A stretch of 60,092 bases of DNA from Verrucomicrobia bacterium UBA1629 (GTDB lineage Bacteria > Verrucomicrobiota > Kiritimatiellia > RFP12 > UBA1067). The notes below the pieces were generated by a model. That model worked only from the letters and a program-made list of their open reading frames with translations, ran no database searches and was not told the DNA's origin. Of the stretch, positions 53,380 to 60,092 are shown in pieces (the first letter of the stretch is position 1; each line of letters opens with the position of its first letter). The stretch spans positions 1 to 60,092 of the forward strand of contig DCMF01000013.1 in assembly GCA_002321305.1 (NCBI GenBank). The letters run 5' to 3'. Made by a program: the position numbers and the translations under genes.

Positions 53380-53404
53380 GGTGCGGGCGGCCTCGTTCTT
53401 TTTC

Positions 53405-54065
53405 GGGGCTTCAGCATGAGAGACGATCCCCGCGCTGGGCGACAGTCGGCTCACCGGACGACAGGCGGCGAAGACGAACGCCTCGCTGCGGGCAGCAGTC
53501 CGCTCCGAGGTTTTTCGCGGGCGCCCGCTGACAGGCCATCACCGAGGTGAATCGCGTACGCATCTTTCGCTTCCGCCCGCAATCACCGAGGCGAACCGGC
53601 GCGTCGCCAGTCCTGTCGGCCCGCGAAAAACTCTTCGCGGCTCTGCCCTCCGCTCGCCGCGCTCGCCTTGCTCGCGGCTTCGCACGTGCGTTCCCTTTGA
53701 AGCCGCCTCATTCAGGGGACGCAGGGAATCGCGAAGCGGCGGCGCAAGCCGCCCGTGGCCCGGAGGAGCCGACAGTCGCGCGAGAGGAGCGCAGGGATCG
53801 CCTGTCGCCTCGGCGGTCTCGCTTGATGAAACGCATTCTGCCGAGGGGAATGTCTTGTCACGTTCAATTGGCTGACGTGTGGCGACAGGTGCGACTCCCG
53901 GAGCGACCCGGATCGAGGCCGCAGGCCGACATAGACGGAGCGCAGCGAAGTCCGTTCGCGCGAGCTGTCGGGCCGACGGGCCAAGACGCGATCTGCCCGC
54001 AGCGAGGCGTTCGTCTTCGCCGACTGTCGCCCGGTGAGAGGATTCGTTTTTCATGCTGAAGCCCC
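53405..54065. mobile_element. ORF-less ~660-bp element with 73-91 nt imperfect terminal inverted repeats (MITE-like or large structured RNA)
   Basis: The left arm 53405..53495 and the reverse complement of the right arm 53993..54065 share identical blocks ggggcttcagcatga, gggcgacagtcgg and cgaagacgaacgcctcgctgcgggcag. Internal hairpins include 53511..53522 with 53618..53629. T-runs flank both ends. Confidence 0.55.
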
Positions 54066-54085
54066 CAGTTTTTTTCAAAGCCCCC

Positions 54086-54115
54086 TTGACACCCAAATGG
54101 GTAATATGGTATAGT
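54086..54115 (+). promoter_or_regulatory. sigma70-type promoter (TTGACA-18-TGgTATAGT)
   Basis: ttgaca at 54086..54091 and tggtatagt at 54107..54115. A ~70-nt leader with SD aagga precedes ATG 54185. Confidence 0.65.
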
Positions 54116-54184
54116 TCGCATTGTGAGGCGGAAAAGACACCCGAACGGGTGACAATTTGCCAACAACCAAAAAGGAAAACACAC

Positions 54185-56590
54185 ATGAAAAAACTACTGA
54201 CAATGCTTTCCGCGGCTGCGACGGCCATTGGCCTTCAGGCGGGGGCTCCGTATCCGAGCGGCACGTCGTTCAACGACGAGAATTGGCCGAGCGACACCGA
54301 AAAGGCGCTGTGGACATCGACGGAGGGTCTCAGCATTTCGCAGGAGAGCCTCTCGTATACCGGTGATCGCCCGGAACAGTTTAAGGAAACGGAGGACAAG
54401 GCTAACCTCAAGATCGAGAGAAAGCTGGATGATCCGACTTTCCGTGCCATTGCCGTGGGGGCTGACGGCAACGCCGTGAAGCAGACCATCGGGGAAGGCG
54501 GCCTCTTGGTCGATACGATGATCAAGTTCACGGCGTTCGACCAGGAGGACACGGCGAGCATTGACGGTACTGACGCCAAGGTCGCGGTCTGGGTCAAGGA
54601 GATCGAGGGCGAAGAAGGCGAAGCCTCGACCTATCAGCTGATGGTGACGGCTGGTTGTTGGGACAAGGGCAAGGAAGAGCTTGTTCGCAAGGACTATGCC
54701 TGCGTGAGCAGGATCACGGACATGGATGCGTGGTATTGCCTGACGGTCAAGACCTTTTCTGACGTGTCGACTGGCCTTCAGATTCCGGGCTTTGTCGTGT
54801 GCGTCAATGGAGAGGTTGTGACATCGGGTGATGCGAAGGCGGATATTGACGCTTCGGGCCTGACGCTTTCGACCGAGGGGGCGCAGTGGAATGCGATGGC
54901 GGCGGTTTTCCCGGCGATTGTCAGACAAGACATGACAATCAAGCAGGTTGGCTTTGCGGGCACGGGGTTCGTTGACGACCTGTCCATCACCGATAAGATT
55001 CCTGGTTTTGTGGCGACGAAAGACTCGTTCTCGGTCATCGGCGGCGAGCACGTCGTGAGCTTCAAGTATGGCGATCTAGTGTGGAAAGACGGTCAGGGCG
55101 CCCTTGTGATCACGGATCCGTCGTCTCCCGACACGGTGACGGATATCGTGTATGAAGACGGCTTCTTTGGCGATGTCACGTGGAAGGTGTCGAAGGAGAA
55201 GGATGTTGTGACCACGGTTGGCAACGCGAAGGCTGAAGCGGCGTCTGTTACGATTGGTGACACGAAGACCCCGTATGCGACGATGACTGAAGCACTTACG
55301 GCTGTCAACACGGCGACCTCTGCTGTGACCCTGAAACTTGGCGCGGATACGACGCCGGGGCTGACGATTAAGAACGTCAACGAAGGTGTTTCCATCATCA
55401 TTGACCTCGCAGGCAAGAAGGTCACGCAGGGTGCGGATGACACGGCTGCCATTTATGTCGAAGCCGGGACGGTTGTCATTGACGACACGATTGGCGGCGG
55501 CATTGTTCAGGGCTTTGAAGATGACGGGGTTGCGCTTGTTGCCCCCGAGGGCGAAGCGACCCTTAAGAAAGGCATCTACAATGGTCTGGTTGGCGGCACT
55601 CTCACCATCACCTCTGCGGATGTCAAGATTCTTGCTTCGGCGAATTTGGATGGCATCGCGGCCACCCTGCCGGAAGGCATGAAGTGGGGTAAGGATGAAA
55701 CGAGCGAGTATTGGATGCTCGTCGAAAAGGGTGAGGGCGTGACCTTTGCGGTGACGGCTGCGGCTCATACGACCGCGACGGTTGAGATCGATGGCGAAGT
55801 CGTCGAGTCGATTCCCGAATCGCTGACGGTCGGTCAGACGTACAAGGTGACGTTTACTGCGGCTGATGGCTATGCGTTCGCCGAGGATGCTCGGACGGTC
55901 TTTGACGGCACGGTGGCTGATGCTGACGTGAGCATTGAAGGTCCGGCTGTCACGGCAGTCACGTATTCGATTACGTATGCGTGGACGGGCCTTGACAAGG
56001 CGGATGTCGCGAAGGTTCAGAACTCCAATCCGTTGATCTACACGATTGAGTCCGCGACGATCACGTTTGTCGCTCCGACCTGCGAAGGTTACACCTTCAA
56101 GGGATTTGACCCGACCGAGATTGCGGCGGGTTCCATGGGCAATGTGACGGTCACAGGCTCGTTTGAAAAGGGCGGTTCGACCAAGCCCACGACGTGGGAT
56201 GAGGTGACGGACGATACGCCGGTGGCCGACCTTCCGGGCGTGACGGCCGAGCAGGCGACGGCGCTTGACGCGGCGGGCGTGACGGCTTCGGCGGTCGCGA
56301 CTTGGGCGAAAGGTTCTGGCGCAGTGACGGCTGGCGAAGCGATCAACCTCGATGCGTTCGTCATGGAGGCCGCGAATACGGCGAACACGGCGGACCTCGA
56401 AGCGAAGGCGGCGAAAGAATTCACGCAGGAGATTCTCGATGCCATCGTGAAGGATGGTCTTGAGGCTGACCTCTCCAAGATTGCGGATAAGTATCCGAAC
56501 GCGAAGGTCGAGTTGATTCCGGCGACGGAGATCGACTCGACGGACACGGCGAAGTTCTTCAAGCTGAAGTTCACGCTGAAGACGAAGTAA
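54185..56590 (+). CDS. large secreted repeat protein with a Listeria-Bacteroides-type (Flg_new-like) repeat
   Basis: Internal ATG 54185. Signal peptide MKKLLTMLSAAATAIGLQA, then beta-rich Thr/Val/Gly composition. YSITYAWTGL...NPLIYTIESATITFVAPTCEGYTFKGF...GNVTVTGSF matches the repeat pattern. Visibly less GC-rich than its neighbours. Confidence 0.7.
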   Translation: MKKLLTMLSAAATAIGLQAGAPYPSGTSFNDENWPSDTEKALWTSTEGLSISQESLSYTGDRPEQFKETEDKANLKIERKLDDPTFRAIAVGADGNAVKQTIGEGGLLVDTMIKFTAFDQEDTASIDGTDAKVAVWVKEIEGEEGEASTYQLMVTAGCWDKGKEELVRKDYACVSRITDMDAWYCLTVKTFSDVSTGLQIPGFVVCVNGEVVTSGDAKADIDASGLTLSTEGAQWNAMAAVFPAIVRQDMTIKQVGFAGTGFVDDLSITDKIPGFVATKDSFSVIGGEHVVSFKYGDLVWKDGQGALVITDPSSPDTVTDIVYEDGFFGDVTWKVSKEKDVVTTVGNAKAEAASVTIGDTKTPYATMTEALTAVNTATSAVTLKLGADTTPGLTIKNVNEGVSIIIDLAGKKVTQGADDTAAIYVEAGTVVIDDTIGGGIVQGFEDDGVALVAPEGEATLKKGIYNGLVGGTLTITSADVKILASANLDGIAATLPEGMKWGKDETSEYWMLVEKGEGVTFAVTAAAHTTATVEIDGEVVESIPESLTVGQTYKVTFTAADGYAFAEDARTVFDGTVADADVSIEGPAVTAVTYSITYAWTGLDKADVAKVQNSNPLIYTIESATITFVAPTCEGYTFKGFDPTEIAAGSMGNVTVTGSFEKGGSTKPTTWDEVTDDTPVADLPGVTAEQATALDAAGVTASAVATWAKGSGAVTAGEAINLDAFVMEAANTANTADLEAKAAKEFTQEILDAIVKDGLEADLSKIADKYPNAKVELIPATEIDSTDTAKFFKLKFTLKTK

Positions 56591-56624
56591 GCCCACGCGG
56601 CTGAAGCGGCTGAAAAGGCCAACA

Positions 56625-56663
56625 CGAGGGCTGGGGCGTTCGCTCCAGCCCTCGGTGTCTTTG
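56625..56663 (+). terminator. putative intrinsic terminator
   Basis: A 10-bp stem cgagggctgg/ccagccctcg with a 10-nt loop, followed by gtgtctttgg. Starts 35 nt after the stop codon. Confidence 0.55.
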
Positions 56664-56671
56664 GCGGGCGG

Positions 56672-56880
56672 CCGTTGTCCGCTGTCCTTTGTCCAACGTC
56701 CCCTGTTTGTCCGCTGTCCTTTGTCCAACGTCCCCTGTTTGTCCGTTGTCTTTTGTCCTTTGTCAGAAAGACCAGAGAGGACAAAGGACGAAGGACAGAG
56801 GACAAAGGCATCAGGGCGGACAGCGGACTGCCGGAACGAAGGACAGCGGACGACGGACAAAGGCATCAGGGCGGACAAGC
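56672..56880. repeat. TGTCC word arrays: 32-bp tandem units followed by the inverse GGACA array (long imperfect hairpin)
   Basis: The unit ttgtccgctgtcctttgtccaacgtcccctgt occurs at 56675..56706 and 56707..56738, with a partial third copy. ggacaaagg/ggacagcgg words then run from 56779 to 56880 in the opposite orientation. Confidence 0.9.
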
Positions 56881-56911
56881 GGCGCTGTCGCTTGTCTTCT
56901 GTCGTCAAATT

Positions 56912-56920
56912 TGGTACACT
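56912..56920 (+). promoter_or_regulatory. extended -10-like promoter (TGgTACACT), leaderless spacing
   Basis: tggtacact ends 9 nt before ATG 56930. Confidence 0.45.
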
Positions 56921-56929
56921 TTCTTTGTC

Positions 56930-57688
56930 ATGAACCCTTCGATTCCTTCAATCATCGGGCATTTTGGCGGCTATCGCAAGATGTTCTCCTTCGGGTGGAC
57001 GTGTCTCGTCTATCATGCGACGACGCTTTTCTGCCGACGCAACTACAATTACAAGAACGACGCCCTCGGCAAGACCGTTGGCCAGATGGTCGGTGCGGCG
57101 CGTTCGGCGCGGCAGAACATTGTCGAGGCCTCGTCGCGCGCGGCGACCTCGAAGGAGCAGGAACTGAGGCAGCTCGATGTCGCCAAGGGGTCGCTGGACG
57201 AATTGGCGGGCGATTTCGAGGCGTTTCTCGTCGATTGCGGCGAAGTGCCGTGGTCGCGGCGTGATCCGCGTTACGCGGCCGTCCGTGCGCTGGAACTTGA
57301 TCCTTTTGAGAAGTCCGATGACCTTGATCACGAATATGGCGCCTATACGCTGCGCATGCGCGCCCGCTGTGCGGCCTGGCTTGAGAGCGAAGACCCGATT
57401 GTGGCCGCGAACGCGATCCTGATCGTGATTCGCCGCGCTTGCGCGCTGCTGATGGGCCAGATGCAGCGCACGGCGGCGGACTTCACGGCCGAAGGGGGCT
57501 TTACCGAACGCTTGAGCGCGGCGCGGCTCGCGGCGCGAGACGCGGCGGTACAGGCGGCGGGTGCGCCGACGTGTCCGAAGTGCGGCAAGCCGATGCGCAA
57601 GATGGTCGCGCGCAAGGGGCGCAATGCCGGCAATGCCTTTTGGAGCTGCACGGGTTATCCTGACTGCAACGGGACGCGCGAGTATTGA
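56930..57688 (+). CDS. four-helix-bundle protein with suffix domain, fused to a topoisomerase-type C4 zinc finger
   Basis: Internal ATG 56930. GGYRKMFSF..., QMVGAARSARQNIVEASSRAATSKEQELRQLDVAKGSLDELAGDFEAFL, and EGGFTERL fit the 4HB plus suffix pattern. The C-terminal CPKCGKPMRKMVARKGRNAGNAFWSCTGYPDCNGT is zf-C4_Topoisom-like. Confidence 0.75.
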   Translation: MNPSIPSIIGHFGGYRKMFSFGWTCLVYHATTLFCRRNYNYKNDALGKTVGQMVGAARSARQNIVEASSRAATSKEQELRQLDVAKGSLDELAGDFEAFLVDCGEVPWSRRDPRYAAVRALELDPFEKSDDLDHEYGAYTLRMRARCAAWLESEDPIVAANAILIVIRRACALLMGQMQRTAADFTAEGGFTERLSAARLAARDAAVQAAGAPTCPKCGKPMRKMVARKGRNAGNAFWSCTGYPDCNGTREY

Positions 57689-57691
57689 TTC

Positions 57692-57768
57692 GTGTCCGTC
57701 TCGTTTGTCCCGCCCCGTCCGTCCTTTGTCCAGTCCCCGTTTGTCCGCTGTCCGCCGTCGGTTGTCCT
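57692..57768 (+). repeat. TGTCC word array downstream of the 4HB-zf gene
   Basis: gtgtccgtctcgtttgtcccgccccgtccgtcctttgtccagtccccgtttgtccgctgtccgccgtcggttgtcc. 57743..57756 is the exact reverse complement of 56815..56828. Confidence 0.9.
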
Positions 57769-57941
57769 TGAAAAGGTCTTCGCGTGTCTTTGCGCCTCGT
57801 CCCTTTGCATTCTTCGCGTCAAACCCAAAACACCCTGAAGGTGCGACGAAGCCGACAGGGATGCGCGAAGCGCAACTCTCTGTCTTCTCCTGTCGCCCAG
57901 CCGTAGGCCGCTCTGTGGCGTTCGCGACCGTACCCACGCCG

Positions 57942-57984
57942 GTTTGGGCACGAAATATCAGAAATCAGAATTTCGTGCCCAAAC
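57942..57984. promoter_or_regulatory. perfect 15-bp inverted repeat abutting the -35 box of the ATPase promoter
   Basis: gtttgggcacgaaat (57942..57956), a 13-nt loop, then atttcgtgcccaaac (57970..57984). No T-run follows. The -35 box starts at 57989. Confidence 0.6.
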
Positions 57985-57988
57985 GGCA

Positions 57989-58018
57989 TTGACTTGTCCA
58001 TCTGAACTGTGATATAAT
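57989..58018 (+). promoter_or_regulatory. sigma70-type promoter (TTGACT-18-TGaTATAAT)
   Basis: ttgact at 57989..57994 and tgatataat at 58010..58018. ATG 58058 lies 39 nt downstream. Confidence 0.65.
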
Positions 58019-58057
58019 GCTTGCAAATCTACGAATAGACTGTTCATTTGCTGACTT

Positions 58058-59515
58058 ATGAAGTTTATCGGCCGAACCGAGCAAATCAATCAGCTTTCTG
58101 CGCTTTGGCGCAAAGGCTCCTCCTCGTTGGTGACCTGTCAGGGCCGTCGACGCATCGGGAAGAGCCGGCTGATGGATGAATTCGCGGCGCGAAGCGGCTG
58201 CCGTTATCTGAAGCTTTCCGGGCTTGCTCCGCGAAAGGGGATGACGAATGACGACCAGCTTCGGTATTTCTGCCAGCGGCTTGGCGAGAAGACGGGCGCA
58301 GACGGCCTCGTGGCCCGCAACTGGCCTGAGGCGTTTGCCTTGCTGAATGCGGAAGTCGCTCGGCACGCATCAGAACGAATGGTTGTCCTTCTGGACGAGA
58401 TCTCGTGGATGGGCAAGTATGATTCGGATTTTCCGGGGTATCTCAAGGACGCATGGGATGACGGCCTCAAGCAGCACGAGAGGCTGATACTGGTCCTGTG
58501 CGGCTCGGTCTCCTCCTGGATTCAGCGGAACATCCTTGACAGCACGGGCTTTGTCGGGCGCATTTCGCTCGAACTGGTCTTGGGGGAACTGCCCGTGCGG
58601 GACTGCCTGCAGTTCTGGCGGCAGTCGGCAGACGGCGTCTCGTCCCGCGAGGTGTTCGACCTCCTGTCCGTCACGGGAGGCGTGCCGATGTATCTTGAGG
58701 AGATCGACCCGACGCTGACGACCAACGAGAACCTGCGGCGCATGGCCTTTACGAAGGGCGGCACTCTGTTCAATGACTTCACGCGCATCTTCAATGACGT
58801 CTTCGGGGCGAAGGCGAAGGACAAGCGGCAGATCCTCTCGGCGCTGGCGTTTGAGTCGAAGACCCTTTCGGAGATTTCGGAGAGCCTTGGGAAGGTTCGT
58901 GGCGGACACGTCTCGGAGGCCCTGGAAGAGCTTGAGCTGGCCGGCTTCCTTGAACGGGACGGCGGCATCAATCCGGCCACGGGCAAGGAGGCGAAGATCG
59001 CCCGCTATCGCATACGGGACAACTATACGCGCTTTTACCTGCGCTTCATCGAGCCTTATTCGGCGATGATCCGTCGCGGTGCGTTCAACTTCGTTTCGCT
59101 TGAGACGTTGCCGGGCTGGGATTCGATTCTCGGCCTCCAGTTCGAGAACCTGGTGCTGAACAACGCCTCGGAGCTGATTTCCCGTCTTGGGCTTGATCGC
59201 TCGCTGGTTCTCTCCGTCGCGCCCTATCGGAAGCGGGCGTCGCGTGAGAGGCGAAAGGCGGAATCGGATTCGGGATGCCAGATCGACATCCTCATCCAGC
59301 TGCGGCAGGCGATGTATCCCGTCGAGGTGAAACGGCGGAATGCGATTGGCGTGGAGGTGGTCGAGCAGATGAAGGAGAAGGTTGCGCGGCTGCCGAATCC
59401 CAACGCGGTCTCCATTCGCCCCGTCTTGGTCTATGACGGCAGCCTGTCGCCTGCCATTGTCGAGAATGCCTACTTTGCCGACGTGGTGTCGGCGGCTGAC
59501 TTGCTGCTTCGGTGA
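58058..59515 (+). CDS. archaeal-type AAA ATPase (Arch_ATPase plus DUF234-like C-terminus)
   Basis: FIGRTEQINQL, P-loop-like GRRRIGKSRL, Walker B-like VVLLDEISW. The C-terminal region has a winged-helix-like segment and a possible nuclease-like end (QIDILI...EVKRR). Confidence 0.7.
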   Translation: MKFIGRTEQINQLSALWRKGSSSLVTCQGRRRIGKSRLMDEFAARSGCRYLKLSGLAPRKGMTNDDQLRYFCQRLGEKTGADGLVARNWPEAFALLNAEVARHASERMVVLLDEISWMGKYDSDFPGYLKDAWDDGLKQHERLILVLCGSVSSWIQRNILDSTGFVGRISLELVLGELPVRDCLQFWRQSADGVSSREVFDLLSVTGGVPMYLEEIDPTLTTNENLRRMAFTKGGTLFNDFTRIFNDVFGAKAKDKRQILSALAFESKTLSEISESLGKVRGGHVSEALEELELAGFLERDGGINPATGKEAKIARYRIRDNYTRFYLRFIEPYSAMIRRGAFNFVSLETLPGWDSILGLQFENLVLNNASELISRLGLDRSLVLSVAPYRKRASRERRKAESDSGCQIDILIQLRQAMYPVEVKRRNAIGVEVVEQMKEKVARLPNPNAVSIRPVLVYDGSLSPAIVENAYFADVVSAADLLLR

Positions 59516-59550
59516 GAGCGGATCTTCCCTTGTTCTTCGGCCGTTTCCCC

Positions 59551-59582
59551 CGTTTGTCCGCTGTCGTTTGTCCTTTGTCCGC
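59551..59582 (+). repeat. TGTCC word copy downstream of the ATPase gene
   Basis: cgtttgtccgctgtcgtttgtcctttgtccgc. Confidence 0.85.
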
Positions 59583-59602
59583 AGAGTCCGCCGGCCGCAG
59601 TC

Positions 59603-59811
59603 GGGCGCTACGCGCGAACACGCAACGCCCCGGGCGTCGGGGCTGCCTACATATCCCCCTGCGAAGCAGCCCGAAGGGGCCACTAGGCGGGGTGCTTTTA
59701 ACGCGGAGGCTGCGGAGTTCAGGAGACACGGAGATGGGAGAGACATGGCTACGCTGGTTCCCTCCCTGATCGCAGACGGGCGCTTCGCGCGAACACGAAA
59801 CGCCCCGGCCG
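59603..59811. repeat. ~32-nt direct repeat pair in non-coding DNA
   Basis: gggcgctacgcgcgaacacgcaacgccccgg (59603..) and gggcgcttcgcgcgaacacgaaacgccccgg (59778..). A partial third copy, gcgcgaacacgaaagcg, lies at 59945. Confidence 0.7.
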
Positions 59812-60092
59812 CGAAATCGCGCGTCGCGCGATTGAGGGCGCGCAGGCGCCGCCGGGGGCGATGCCTGCGGCATCGTCCGCCGCCGCCCGCGCGACCTCCC
59901 CCTTCGGGTTCTCGCGGCCGCGTCGGCACGAACGCGCGCCTGCGGCGCGAACACGAAAGCGTGCAGGCCTCTCGTCGATTCACGAAAAGGCTTCGCCCCC
60001 GCCTCGACGCTTCGTGGGCAGGCTCATCTCACGCGAATGAGACAGGCTTGCCCTTTGAACGTTTTTAGATAAACGCAGAGCCGCTTGCGCGG

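Noticed and set aside
53381-53404. Intrinsic terminator after the DUF1559 gene
   Set aside because: Only a 5-bp stem (cgagg/cctcg) precedes the T-run. The T-run may instead be the flank of the TIR element, so this is too weak to call.
53539-54228. 229-aa (minus) and 170-aa (plus, 53547..54059) ORFs inside the TIR element as genes
   Set aside because: They are Arg/Pro/Ser-rich, lack motifs, lack a convincing promoter or SD, and run through the inverted-repeat arms. They were treated as non-coding.
54185-58057. Diversity-generating retroelement (target protein plus Avd-like 4HB protein)
   Set aside because: There is no reverse transcriptase ORF. I could find no ~100-nt template/variable repeat pair between the 3' end of the 54185..56590 gene and the DNA flanking the 4HB-zf gene.
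59382-60068. 228-aa ORF at the window end
   Set aside because: Extremely Arg/Pro/Ala-rich, overlaps the ATPase 3' end in another frame, and has no start signals.

Overview
GC-rich bacterial chromosomal window with about 56 supportable CDS and no rRNA, tRNA or CRISPR array that I could see. The many prepilin-type and DUF1559-like genes suggest a PVC-superphylum organism (Lentisphaerota, Kiritimatiellota or Verrucomicrobiota); this is an inference. All homology calls rest on motifs read from the supplied translations and recalled family signatures. No database search was run.

Layout:
- 0-0.8 kb: PIN toxin plus small partner, bracketed by 30-bp direct repeats.
- 0.8-3.4 kb: lipoprotein and uvrB.
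- 3.4-13.3 kb: envelope-glycan/LPS cluster (GT8, lipid A-type acyltransferase, GT-A-like genes, GT2, kinase, split GT-C-like membrane protein, priming sugar transferase), with an inserted archaeal-type ATPase.
- 13.3-25.3 kb: housekeeping genes (DsbD-like, apbC, rpe, coaC, PP2C, nadB, an IMP-cyclohydrolase/acyl-CoA-synthetase fusion, VWA, mannose-1-P guanylyltransferase, truA, ASCH).
- 25.3-36.3 kb, minus strand: pyrB-NERD-prc-dapF-rsmE operon, batD-like, hipBA, exbB-exbD-tonB.
- 36.4-43.3 kb: beta-lactamase-like, ruvC-NUDIX-radical SAM, antiporter-EIIA fusion, mnmE.
- 43.3-53.4 kb: eight-gene pseudopilin operon ending in a 1100-aa GspK-like protein, then a four-helix-bundle (4HB) gene and a DUF1559-type prepilin gene.
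- 53.4-60.1 kb: sparsely coding accessory tail. It holds an ORF-less element with long terminal inverted repeats, a large secreted repeat protein, a 4HB-suffix/zinc-finger protein and a second archaeal-type ATPase.

Most unusual signals:
1. Several families of short word repeats with 8-10 nt periodicity (CGAATG, TGTCC, ATCCGTG, GGGGACAG, GGAAGG). They occur as inverted arrays at gene boundaries and as in-frame insertions inside conserved housekeeping genes.
2. Both 4HB (23S-IVS-protein/Avd-like) genes are enclosed by perfect 14-22 bp inverted repeats from these arrays. This resembles rRNA intervening sequences, but here it lies in mRNA context.
3. Extended -10 promoters (TGnTATAAT) lie 6-10 nt from start codons, implying widespread leaderless mRNAs.
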